A stretch of DNA of 64,000 bases from Candidatus Woesearchaeota archaeon (GTDB lineage: Archaea > Nanobdellota > Nanobdellia > Pacearchaeales > GW2011-AR1), in assembly GCA_964362915.1 (NCBI GenBank), contig CAYIGH010000001.1, positions 24,056 to 88,055 on the forward strand. The letters are read 5' to 3'. Positions 1 through 7,982 of the stretch are shown here, piece after piece. The notes beneath the pieces were generated by a model that was not told where the DNA came from, did not search any database, and worked only from the letters and a program-made list of their open reading frames with translations. How positions within the stretch are numbered: position 1 is the stretch's first letter; every line of letters begins with the position of its first letter. The position numbers and the translations under genes are program-made.

Positions 1-500
1 TCTGCCAAATTTTTTTTCTGCATTTCTGCTGTTCTGGCAAATGTTTTCCAGACTTTTAGAAGTATTCCTTTATACCATAAATCTAATTCTTTTTCAATTA
101 TTTTTATATCCTCTCCAGGATAATAGTTTTGTACTGTTGGTTTGCCTTCGCCATCTGTTTCTCCAGATATGTCAACAACATGTATAAAAGCATCGGCAGA
201 TGCCAAATCATTTAGAAATTCGTTACCAAGACCTTTTCCTTGACTGGCTCCTTCGACTAAACCTGCTACATCCATTAATTCAAATGGCACAAATCTCCAA
301 CTGCCTTTCATATATCCTTCTCTAGGATTGCTTTGCTTTCCGAATTCCTGCGCTAGATCAGGGATTTTTATGTATGCCATGCCTCTATTAGGCTTGATTG
401 TTGCAAATGGATAATTCGCGATAAGAACATCTGCCAGAGTCGCTGCTTTGAAAAATGTGCTTTTTCCACTGTTTGGGCGTCCTACAAGGCCTATTAACAT
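1..500 (-). CDS. Obg-like ATPase/GTPase (YchF/OLA1 family); N-terminal part, C-terminus lies beyond the window edge
   Basis: Reverse translation from the start codon at 498-500 gives MLIGLVGRPNSGKSTFFKAAT...DVAGLVEGASQGKGLGNEFL. This carries the P-loop and G3 motifs typical of YchF/OLA1. The ORF runs off the 5' edge of the window. Confidence 0.75.
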   Translation of the reverse strand, partial: MLIGLVGRPNSGKSTFFKAATLADVLIANYPFATIKPNRGMAYIKIPDLAQEFGKQSNPREGYMKGSWRFVPFELMDVAGLVEGASQGKGLGNEFLNDLASADAFIHVVDISGETDGEGKPTVQNYYPGEDIKIIEKELDLWYKGILLKVWKTFARTAEMQKKNLA

Positions 501-550
501 ATTAAAAATCGAAAACGAAACTTTAAATATCTTTATAAATTGGATTTTAT

Positions 551-723
551 GATCCCATAGCTCAGCCCGGTTTAGAGCACCGCTCTTATAAGACTATGGT
601 TCGTTGGAACTGTATTTTCAAGCTAAGAAGATTTAGAAAGTCTTCAAGCAAAGCAAGGGTGTTAAACACACTCTTCAAAGCTAAGAAAGGCGGGGGTCCG
701 GAGTTCAAATCTCCGTGGGATCA
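551..723 (+). tRNA. tRNA with apparent UAU anticodon (tRNA-Ile-like), carrying a ~97-nt intron at the canonical 37/38 position (approx 591-687)
   Basis: Acceptor GATCCCA pairs with TGGGATC and the discriminator is A. D-arm is GCTC-AGCCCGGTTTA-GAGC. Anticodon stem CCGCT/GGCGG pairs only after removing the insert. Loop is CTTATA|A, T-arm is CGGAG-TTCAAAT-CTCCG, and no CCA is encoded. Confidence 0.55.
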
Positions 724-1662
724 TCTCTTGCAAAAAACCAAGGCATATTCTTCTTCAGGATCTTTTATTAATTCCACATTGTCAAAATACATGTCACAGA
801 AGTCTCTTAATTCATCAGCATATAATTTATATTGAAACGCCACAATGATCTCGTCTCCTTTTTCTAATTGTACTTTTTTATTTTTCTGCTCGATTGTTTT
901 ATTTACTTTTATCTTATAGTATGCCTCCAACCTATTATGGGCGAATCTTGCATTATACTCTACTTCTTTGTCTTTGAAGCCAAGTTCTTTCATTAGATAT
1001 ATAAGCCATTCATTGAATAATGGGTGTTTGTATGTTTCTAAATTCGCAAACCTCTCGCCTTTCCTTATGCCGTTCCCTATTAATAAAACATCTCCTGGAA
1101 GCATAGACCTGCTCAAGTTGAATAGGTAATCATTAATATCAAAGCTGGCCAAAAGTGATCCAAGAAGAAGGAAAACATTTTTTTGGTATTTGTTGTTCCT
1201 TAATGCTGCTCCTATCTCATCTAGGCTCTTGAAATCTTTTGAAATTCTAGAAGCATAATCAATTATATTAAGAAAATTTTCTTTTTTTACATTTTCTAGA
1301 GCCAGTTTTACCAAGTATTCATTAACATTAATAGGGCAATATCTTAATTTTATTTCTTGAGGCAATTCTTTTATTATTGCTATCGCTTTTTCGCCGTTTG
1401 TGGTTCCCATATCTATTAGATTAAACTCGCAGTCACTTACACATTTAATAAAGCTTTTAATGTTCTCTTTTAGTAATTTTTTTTCTATGTCTATAACTAT
1501 TGCTTTATATCTAGGATGCTCACTTAGTCTTAGATATGCCTCTGCCATCTCTTTATTTATATATCTAAATGATCTGTCTGAAATATCCCAGATATTCACG
1601 CTATTTTCTACAGAATGCCCTTTCTTTATCAGCTCTTTAAAGAGTATTTCTTTCATTAGCAT
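721..1662 (-). CDS. SAM-dependent methyltransferase, EgtD-like (Methyltransf_33 family)
   Basis: 313-aa ORF. Motifs LIDMGTTNGEKA, FLLLGSLLASFD and LPGDVLLIGNGIRKG align to the EgtD-type histidine N-methyltransferase signature blocks. Confidence 0.6.
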   Translation of the reverse strand: MLMKEILFKELIKKGHSVENSVNIWDISDRSFRYINKEMAEAYLRLSEHPRYKAIVIDIEKKLLKENIKSFIKCVSDCEFNLIDMGTTNGEKAIAIIKELPQEIKLRYCPINVNEYLVKLALENVKKENFLNIIDYASRISKDFKSLDEIGAALRNNKYQKNVFLLLGSLLASFDINDYLFNLSRSMLPGDVLLIGNGIRKGERFANLETYKHPLFNEWLIYLMKELGFKDKEVEYNARFAHNRLEAYYKIKVNKTIEQKNKKVQLEKGDEIIVAFQYKLYADELRDFCDMYFDNVELIKDPEEEYALVFCKR

Positions 1663-1767
1663 ATTATATACATACTTTTTAACTTTTTAGTCTTTTCTAT
1701 TTTATTATGCCTTCTTTTTGTTTTTGAACAGGAAGGTTTAAAAGTGAATTCAATTTTAGTTTGATAT

Positions 1768-1932
1768 GCCCTTGTAGTCTAGAAGCCAAGGACGCGGCCC
1801 TTTCGCGGGGCAAGGAAACCTTCAACTCTTATGAGATTGAAGTTTTTCCTTAACCATCAACCTTCCTCTAAAATAGGATGTCGATGACCTCGAAGAACGG
1901 CCGAAACCCGGGTGCGAATCCCGGCAGGGGCA
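1768..1932 (+). tRNA. tRNA-Glu (anticodon UUC) with a ~92-nt intron at 37/38 (approx 1806-1897); T-loop TGCGAAT is noncanonical at position 55
   Basis: Acceptor GCCCTTG pairs with CAGGGGC (one G-U) and the discriminator is A. D-stem is GTCT/GGAC. Anticodon stem CGGCC/GGCCG is perfect only after excising 1806-1897. Loop is C-T-TTC-G, T-stem CCGGG/CCCGG, variable loop 4 nt. Confidence 0.6.
1919..1932. repeat. Copy 1 of the 14-nt GC-rich core CCCGGCAGGGGCAT (3' T-stem plus acceptor strand of tRNA-Glu)
   Basis: Exact 14-mer shared with 5071-5084, and 13 of 14 shared with 6274-6287. The background is AT-rich. Confidence 0.8.
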
Positions 1933-2082
1933 TGCATGCGTAAATTGGGCTATGCCCCATGGAGCATAAACAAAATAAAATTCGAATCGTGGGTGGGGCA
2001 TGGAATGTTGGGAAGTTCAAATCCCATCCGAGGAAGTGAAAAACAAAAAATAAAAAGTCAGAGAATTTAATGAAAAAGTAAA

Positions 2083-2553
2083 ATGAAAAAGAAATTTGAA
2101 TTTTTTTCAACTATTGCAGTGATATTAATAATTTTAACAGCTCTTGTGGATGTTACCCTATCTAATGTAGAAGAAGACTATCAGAATGAAATGTTAGATT
2201 TAATCCTTAAGGTAACAGTATTATATAATGATATGGTTTTGGCCCATAATGGAACTCCTTTGACCTTTGCTACAAGTACGCACGAAACTAACTTTGATGA
2301 AGTGGGAGTAGCTATAGGTTATAAAGAAGGAGAAGATACCTCAAGAATTTATGTTGTTGGAGCTAATTTAACAGCAGAACAAGTAGCTGGAGATATAAGG
2401 GACATTAAAGAAGAAAGAAGAGATAAATTATTCCTTATTAAAACATTAAAAACTCTTAAATGGATATTTGTGATTGCTTCTATTGTTTTATTACTTATCG
2501 CTATAAATAAAGGATTGCATAATATAAAATCCAACAATCAGCAAACTATTTAA
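2083..2553 (+). CDS. hypothetical membrane protein (N- and C-terminal TM helices)
   Basis: 156-aa ORF with hydrophobic segments at both ends. No recognisable family. Confidence 0.5.
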   Translation: MKKKFEFFSTIAVILIILTALVDVTLSNVEEDYQNEMLDLILKVTVLYNDMVLAHNGTPLTFATSTHETNFDEVGVAIGYKEGEDTSRIYVVGANLTAEQVAGDIRDIKEERRDKLFLIKTLKTLKWIFVIASIVLLLIAINKGLHNIKSNNQQTI

Positions 2554-2569
2554 ATCAAGTTTTATTATA

Positions 2570-2980
2570 TTGAACATGAAAAAAGAAATAATTATTGGAT
2601 TAGTTATTGGAATCATTGTAGGATTAATAATAGCTTTTATTTTGCCTATCTCTAATGTGATAAACAAGGAAGAGAAAACTATGACAAATGATGTCCCTTG
2701 GGAAAATATTGGTTATTTTTTAGTAGGTTTTGAGAATAGCGTTGAGGATGGAATAGAACTCTGGAAAACACATGAAATAACCTCTGCAAACTTTAGAATT
2801 AAAATAGATGGGAATCCAGGAACAATTTACATAAATGATTGTAGAGATGAATTTGAAAGGCTTAATTATCCTGCAGTAGAAAATGAGATTGGGAAACCAA
2901 TTAATTATTGTGGTATAACTCAAATTGGTGCTTACACGGATGGATATTTTGATTGTAAATGTTACTACCCACAAAAATAA
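2570..2980 (+). CDS. hypothetical secreted/membrane-anchored Cys-containing protein
   Basis: 136-aa ORF with an N-terminal TM/signal segment and a C-terminal Cys-rich region (CRDEF...CGITQ...CKC). Confidence 0.45.
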   Translation: MNMKKEIIIGLVIGIIVGLIIAFILPISNVINKEEKTMTNDVPWENIGYFLVGFENSVEDGIELWKTHEITSANFRIKIDGNPGTIYINDCRDEFERLNYPAVENEIGKPINYCGITQIGAYTDGYFDCKCYYPQK

Positions 2981-3100
2981 AAATCGGAGGAAAAACAAGA
3001 ATTAACTTGAAGTGACAACCCCCTCGCGATAACTTCTAAACAGAAAAATTTATAAATATTGGAATACCAATAATATTATTGGATAAACAATAATATTGAA

Positions 3101-3700
3101 ATGGTAGATGAAAATAAATTATCAGAAAATGAACTGAGAGTATTGAGTAGTTTTTTTCCGGAGGGAAAGGAAATAACAATAAAGATGATTCAGGAAAGAA
3201 CAAAATTATCTTATGAGCCCGCTCATAGAATAATAAAGCAATTACTTGAGAGAGAACTAGTTATTGAAAAGAAGTTTGGAAAGACTCTTGTTTATTCATT
3301 ATCTTTTTCAAAAGAAAAAATTAAAATTGGTTTTATCCTCTATGCAAATGAGAAAAAAGAGAGATTTGCAGAGAAATATGGAGTAATTTACAGAGCATTA
3401 TCGAAAATTAGCGAAGAAGATATTGATTTTTTAGCTGTCTTTGGCAGTTATTCGAAGGGGAATCCTACAAAAAAAAGTGATGTTGATGTGCTTTGTGTTA
3501 GTTCTAATAAGAATAAGGTTGAAAACGAAATAAAAGGATTAAGATATGAAACAAATATTGAATTTGCCCCTGTTGTAATATCAAAAACAGAGTTTGCAAA
3601 AATTAAAAATGAGAATAAACAATTTTGGAAGGATTTGGTGGACTATGGAATAATATTTAAGGGTTATGAACTATTTTACTATCATGCTTATTTAAAATGA
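3101..3700 (+). CDS. winged-HTH fused to a minimal nucleotidyltransferase (MNT/MntA-like antitoxin domain)
   Basis: The C-terminal half carries FGSYSKGNPTKKSDVDVLCV, the GS...DxD polymerase-beta-like NTase motif. The N-terminus looks like a wHTH. Confidence 0.6.
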   Translation: MVDENKLSENELRVLSSFFPEGKEITIKMIQERTKLSYEPAHRIIKQLLERELVIEKKFGKTLVYSLSFSKEKIKIGFILYANEKKERFAEKYGVIYRALSKISEEDIDFLAVFGSYSKGNPTKKSDVDVLCVSSNKNKVENEIKGLRYETNIEFAPVVISKTEFAKIKNENKQFWKDLVDYGIIFKGYELFYYHAYLK

Positions 3701-4218
3701 TGAAATCAATAAACTTTTACATAAAAAGAGAACTCCTAATTAGAGATGAGACTGTTAAAATTTTAGCTAATGAATATCTAACCAAATCTAAAAATAATCT
3801 TATTACGTTGAGAATATTAGATGAACTCCAAGATGACAAAGTGTTTAGAAAAAAGTATAATATTCCTAATGATTATTCAACTTATGAGTGGGTTGTAATC
3901 TGTGGATATTACGCCATGTATACTGCCGCAATTTCTTTACTAGCTAAGATCGGTTATAGAAGTAAGAATCATACAGCAACTTTATGTGTCTTAGAAGAAT
4001 TTTTTGTCAAAAAGAAAATTCTAGATGAAGATATTTTGCTGTTGCTCAAATCGGCAATGTTCCAAAAAGAAGAAATTGAAAAGTTATCTGATGCAAGACA
4101 TAAAAGAGAGATAGCTCAGTACAGTATTACAAAACAAACAACAAAATCAATTGCAGAAAAAATAAAAAAAGATGCTTATGATTTTATCAACAAATGTGAG
4201 GAGATAATTAAACAATAG
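3697..4218 (+). CDS. putative HEPN-like helical protein paired with the upstream MNT (toxin-antitoxin-like module)
   Basis: Start overlaps the MNT stop by 4 nt (ATGA). The 173-aa helical protein is the right size for a HEPN partner. No canonical Rx4-6H motif is evident, so the call rests on context. Confidence 0.35.
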   Translation: MMKSINFYIKRELLIRDETVKILANEYLTKSKNNLITLRILDELQDDKVFRKKYNIPNDYSTYEWVVICGYYAMYTAAISLLAKIGYRSKNHTATLCVLEEFFVKKKILDEDILLLLKSAMFQKEEIEKLSDARHKREIAQYSITKQTTKSIAEKIKKDAYDFINKCEEIIKQ

Positions 4219-4235
4219 AAGGGAAAATTAAGAAT

Positions 4236-4460
4236 ATGAATGAATCTTGTAAAACTTGTCGCAAAGAGTTTAATTCTGGAATTTGGTTAGCTCCAGAATT
4301 TGCAGATGAAAAGGTTCTTTTGTTCTGCTCTGAGAAATGTAAAGAGAAGTACCTTAAAATGAAACTTAATAGGATAAGAACACAATATCCTAGACACTAT
4401 AACAGGATAAAAGAGGGAAAGGTCAAGAGTATTTATAGCGAGGTTATGAAAAATGAATGA
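4236..4460 (+). CDS. small zinc-finger protein (CxxC...CxxxC)
   Basis: 74 aa with CKTCRKEF...CSEKCKEKY. Confidence 0.4.
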   Translation: MNESCKTCRKEFNSGIWLAPEFADEKVLLFCSEKCKEKYLKMKLNRIRTQYPRHYNRIKEGKVKSIYSEVMKNE

Positions 4461-4938
4461 TAAGGATAAACAAATTAAAGATGCGATTCGAAGTATGAAA
4501 GAGTTTGAAATGGCTTGGCAGGAATATTTCGAAGATAAGCCAGAGCCAGAAAATGATGAAGATGAGAAAAAAGAGCAGGAAGAATTTCATCATTGGTATA
4601 ATCATGTAAGAAAGCAAAGCGATACTGGAAAAACTCCTGCTGAAATGTATAAGGAGATTTATGGAAAAGAACCCCCTAAAAACCCAACAGAAATAAGCAG
4701 AATGATGAATTTTGAATGGGATGAATATACTGACGAAGAAGAAATTAATCCTTTAGCTAGATATTGTCCAGAGTGTGATGATTGGGGGCTTATAGTTACT
4801 GAAGATCCTAATGTATATGAATGTGAGATTTGTGGTTCAATCTGGAAAAGATTAAAACCACTAAATGATGGGACTAGAAACATGATTAATATGCCTGAAA
4901 AGTTGAAGAAGTCAATAAAAACTAGAAAAATAAAGTGA
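4453..4938 (+). CDS. zinc-ribbon domain protein, acidic N-terminus
   Basis: 161 aa with YCPECDDWG...YECEICGS, a four-Cys ribbon. Start overlaps the previous stop. Confidence 0.4.
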   Translation: MNDKDKQIKDAIRSMKEFEMAWQEYFEDKPEPENDEDEKKEQEEFHHWYNHVRKQSDTGKTPAEMYKEIYGKEPPKNPTEISRMMNFEWDEYTDEEEINPLARYCPECDDWGLIVTEDPNVYECEICGSIWKRLKPLNDGTRNMINMPEKLKKSIKTRKIK

Positions 4939-5070
4939 TTTCATTAATAATCATATTCACAAAGAGAGGAAAAAGCAAGAAGATGGCTTGAAGGGCAAAT
5001 CTCTCCTGAGGCATGGAACTAAAATATCATGCCCATATGGAGCATTGTCCAAAAAATGGCAAAGGCCACC

Positions 5071-5084
5071 CCCGGCAGGGGCAT
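5071..5084. repeat. Copy 2 of CCCGGCAGGGGCAT (direct repeat of the tRNA-Glu 3' end); candidate att-site remnant
   Basis: Exact match to 1919-1932, same orientation, lying in a 250-nt noncoding GC-rich stretch. Confidence 0.7.
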
Positions 5085-5187
5085 TCGCGCTAAAGACCAT
5101 AGGTTTGAGAGACATTCTACTTCATATATTCCTTACGTGAAAGAAACATAGGGAAAGGAAAGAGTCTTGAAGTTTTTGCAACATATT

Positions 5188-5325
5188 ATGGAGGATTATC
5201 AAGACACTTTATCAAAATATAATGGAAAGTGTGAAATCTGTGGAAAAGACACATGGAAAGGAAAGAAGTTGTGTTTGAAGTGTTACAAAGACAGAAGACC
5301 TAATAAAATACTGAAAAATCAGTAA
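5188..5325 (+). CDS. small zinc-ribbon protein (45 aa), not in the ORF track
   Basis: Translates to MEDYQDTLSKYNGKCEICGKDTWKGKKLCLKCYKDRRPNKILKNQ, with two CxxC pairs. Confidence 0.3.
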   Translation: MEDYQDTLSKYNGKCEICGKDTWKGKKLCLKCYKDRRPNKILKNQ

Positions 5326-5517
5326 TGTTACTGACAGAACAATAAAAAATATATACTTGAATAATCTAAATTTAAAATGGATGAATTAATCGGAATTATT
5401 GAGGATAAAGGGGATAGCGTGAAAGAAATTAAAGAACTAAGGAAAAAATTATCTAATGAATTTAATCGAAAAGAAAAGGGCAGAAAAACCTAAATATGTC
5501 TATTCTTTAATCCGTTC

Positions 5518-5859
5518 ATGATAAAAAATCATTCCGAAGAGGTGAAGAAACTAATTAATCAATACAAAAAGAAAATCGTCTTTGGAAAAGACATAGATTT
5601 TTTGATTAAAAGAATCAAAGTCTCAAAAGAAGAGATCGAGAAGGAAATACTAGAGTGTAAAAATCTCGTCTTAGCAGAAAAACAAATTAAAGACGGAGAA
5701 ACGAGATATGCTTTGTTTTTCACCTATAGCAAAAGAAAGGGAAGAAAATACGTGGTAACGTTTAGAGATAAGAATATAAGAATCATAACGATATTTCTGT
5801 TAGGTAGAAAAACCCTCAAAAGATATAAGAAAAAAGGTTTAAATACAAGGAGTAACTAA
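5518..5859 (+). CDS. hypothetical protein, possible DUF4258-like partner of the downstream DUF2283 gene
   Basis: 113-aa basic protein immediately upstream (8-nt gap) of a DUF2283-like ORF. The pairing is contextual only. Confidence 0.35.
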   Translation: MIKNHSEEVKKLINQYKKKIVFGKDIDFLIKRIKVSKEEIEKEILECKNLVLAEKQIKDGETRYALFFTYSKRKGRKYVVTFRDKNIRIITIFLLGRKTLKRYKKKGLNTRSN

Positions 5860-5866
5860 ATCTAAC

Positions 5867-6232
5867 ATGAAAGAACATAGATTTAATTATGATAATGTAA
5901 GTGACGTTTTGTATATTCAAAATGTCGTGAAAGATGTAGAGGAAAGTGTAGAGTTTTCTGAAGACATTGTTTTGGACTTAGACAAAAACGGAAATGTTAT
6001 TGGAGTAGAGATATTTTATGCTAGTGAATTTCTTGGTTTATTCAATAAAGAAATAAATAGAGAGTTTTTAGAAAACCTAAAAGAAGCATATATTGAATAC
6101 AGAGATTTTAGAAATATCTGGTTTGTTGTGTTAATGTTACAATCTAAAGATAAACAAATATCTCAGCCGTTGCCACCACTAAGAAAATCCGAGTATGTTA
6201 ACCCAATAGTTCAATATTTAAAAGCACAATAA
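5867..6232 (+). CDS. DUF2283-like protein
   Basis: N-terminus DVLYIQNV...VLDLDKNGNVIGVEI matches the DUF2283 signature (D.L.I......D.D..G.V.GIEI). Confidence 0.5.
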   Translation: MKEHRFNYDNVSDVLYIQNVVKDVEESVEFSEDIVLDLDKNGNVIGVEIFYASEFLGLFNKEINREFLENLKEAYIEYRDFRNIWFVVLMLQSKDKQISQPLPPLRKSEYVNPIVQYLKAQ

Positions 6233-6273
6233 AAATAATTCTCTCCCTCATAAATGTACTAAACTGGTCTAAG

Positions 6274-6287
6274 CTCGGCAGGGGCAT
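6274..6287. repeat. Copy 3 (CTCGGCAGGGGCAT) of the tRNA-Glu 3' end core
   Basis: 13/14 identity with the two other copies, same orientation, in an intergenic position. Confidence 0.6.
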
Positions 6288-6680
6288 GATATCTTTTTGA
6301 TGAATTTAGTGGGCATACAAAAGGCATACAAGTTATTTATAAGAATAACTCGCCTTGTTAAATCATGAAAATGTCTGTCACATACAAAACGAATCATGTT
6401 TATGTTTTACTTATGATAACTTTCAAAAAAGAGGGTAAAGAAGTTAATATTCCGATTCCATTGACAATCGGTTTAGGATATAAAGAACCAAAAAAAGATG
6501 TTTTGGTTTATAATTAATCACACTAAAACACAGGGGAAAAACAAAGTAGAAACTTCTTTAAATAGGGCTAAAAAATTTAATGAGGAGGTTAGAAAAATTT
6601 TATAATGTTGTAGTAATAAACTTAAATAATTTAGACAATAAATTCCCACAGTTTAAAAACTGTAGTTTCCTTATTAGAGT

Positions 6681-6911
6681 ATGAAAAAAATAAGAGTTAA
6701 TATAACTGTAGATAAGGATTTGCTGAATAGAGCCAAAACAAAATTGCAGCTGTTCGGAGGGAAATTAAGCACTTTATTTAATGCGTTTCTTTCTGATTTT
6801 GTTAATACATTGGGAAAAGACGCCTCAAGTGGATATAAAATTTTGCAAAAGAAGATGGATGATCTTGAACAAAGATTAATAAAACTAGAAAATAAATATA
6901 GCAGGTTATGA
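6681..6911 (+). CDS. small ribbon-helix-helix-like protein (putative antitoxin/DNA-binding)
   Basis: 76 aa. N-terminus RVNITVDKDLLNRAK is typical of RHH/CopG-type antitoxins. Confidence 0.35.
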   Translation: MKKIRVNITVDKDLLNRAKTKLQLFGGKLSTLFNAFLSDFVNTLGKDASSGYKILQKKMDDLEQRLIKLENKYSRL

Positions 6912-7206
6912 CAGGCAAGATCTCCTTATTAGAACTAAAAAGACGATTATGTAAAGGCCTAGAATAAATGGATTGTGAAAAATAATTATACCTAAAAGAG
7001 AAGATTTTACTTCATAGTTAGCTCCCTTTTCAATTGGTATTTTAATAAGATAAGAAAAAATTAGAAGAATAAAGATTCCTAAGAGCAGTTTCATCTTTGC
7101 CTTCATTGTTCAATTAATGTATTCTTGTATATAATTTTATCTAAATAATAATTTTATGCAGAAATGTTTATAAAGTCTTTTTTATAATAGTGCTTATAAT
7201 TAAAAA

Positions 7207-7392
7207 ATGGTAAAGTGCAGTTTTTGTAAAAAAGATATTGGAGAGGACTCTGTGTTTGAAGTATGCCAACCATGCGGACATAGGGTCTGGGGAGAAAAGA
7301 TGTTTAAAGCAATAAAAGGAAATATGGAAAAAGCGAGAGAAATTGGGGATCTATATCAAGGCTCTGTTAGTGATGACTTCAAGCCCGCATAA
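7207..7392 (+). CDS. small zinc-ribbon protein
   Basis: 61 aa with CSFCKKD...CQPCGH. Confidence 0.35.
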   Translation: MVKCSFCKKDIGEDSVFEVCQPCGHRVWGEKMFKAIKGNMEKAREIGDLYQGSVSDDFKPA

Positions 7393-7423
7393 CCTTTATA
7401 AACTAAGTCTTTTAGTTATTTCT

Positions 7424-7684
7424 ATGCTGAAAAGAAAAAAACCACGGACGAGAGGAAAAATCTCATTTAGTGATTACTTTCAAACATTTAAATCTGGAGA
7501 TAGAGTAGCTGTAGCCAGAGAGATTAGTGTACCATTTGGATATTCTAAAAGGGTTCAGGGAAGAACAGGAAGCGTTATAAAAAAACAAGGCGAAGCTTAT
7601 TATGTTGAGATAAATGACATTAAAAAAAAGAAGTACTATTTCATCAAACCAATTCATTTAAGAATGATAAAGGGAGAAAGATGA
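7424..7684 (+). CDS. rpl21e: 50S ribosomal protein L21e
   Basis: MLKRKKPRTRGKISFSDYFQTFKSGDRVAV...GRTGSV...HLRMIKGE matches archaeal L21e. The ORF track frame starts earlier (7343); an internal ATG at 7424 is the likely start. Confidence 0.75.
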   Translation: MLKRKKPRTRGKISFSDYFQTFKSGDRVAVAREISVPFGYSKRVQGRTGSVIKKQGEAYYVEINDIKKKKYYFIKPIHLRMIKGER

Positions 7685-7980
7685 TAATTAATAAAAAGCC
7701 TTTAACAATGGAAGAAGTTGCTGTATACATAAAAAATGCAAAAGAGAGCCAGCCCTTAAATGATTATCTAAAGAAATTTACGAAACTTTCCTTAGAAAAA
7801 GCCAATAAAATTAAAGAGTCTATTGCTGCATTGAACAATCCTAAAATTAAAGATGGGCATATTGTTAAGATAGTAGACTTCCTCCCGAAAGATCAAGAAG
7901 ATGTTAATAAAATTCTTATAGACACCAGTTTAAATGAAGAGGAATCTCGCGCTATCCTTGAAATTATTAAGAAAGACTGA
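7681..7980 (+). CDS. rpoF: DNA-directed RNA polymerase subunit F (Rpo4)-like
   Basis: 99-aa acidic protein in the conserved archaeal L21e-RpoF-DUF655 arrangement. Start overlaps the L21e stop. Confidence 0.55.
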   Translation: MIINKKPLTMEEVAVYIKNAKESQPLNDYLKKFTKLSLEKANKIKESIAALNNPKIKDGHIVKIVDFLPKDQEDVNKILIDTSLNEEESRAILEIIKKD

Positions 7981-7982
7981 AA

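Noticed and set aside
596-835. 79-aa plus-strand ORF
   Set aside because: It lies inside the predicted intron and 3' exon of the tRNA at 551-723 and overlaps the end of the EgtD-like gene. The composition is arbitrary, so it is most likely not coding.
2008-2033. T-arm-like segment TTGGGAAGTTCAAATCCCATCCGAGG, considered as a second tRNA 3' half
   Set aside because: No matching D-arm or anticodon arm could be assembled upstream. It is treated as a tRNA-derived fragment supporting the integration-scar interpretation rather than a gene.
1400-2110. ORFs 1400-1690 (+) and 1868-2110 (-)
   Set aside because: The first is antisense to the EgtD-like gene. The second overlaps the tRNA-Glu exon and intron and the GC-rich repeat region. 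Both are low-complexity and are judged spurious.
6365-6517. 50-aa ORF MKMSVTYKTNHVYVLLMITFKKEGKEVNIPIPLTIGLGYKEPKKDVLVYN
   Set aside because: It may be a real small protein, but it has no motif or conservation evidence and is below the ORF-track cutoff. It is left uncalled.
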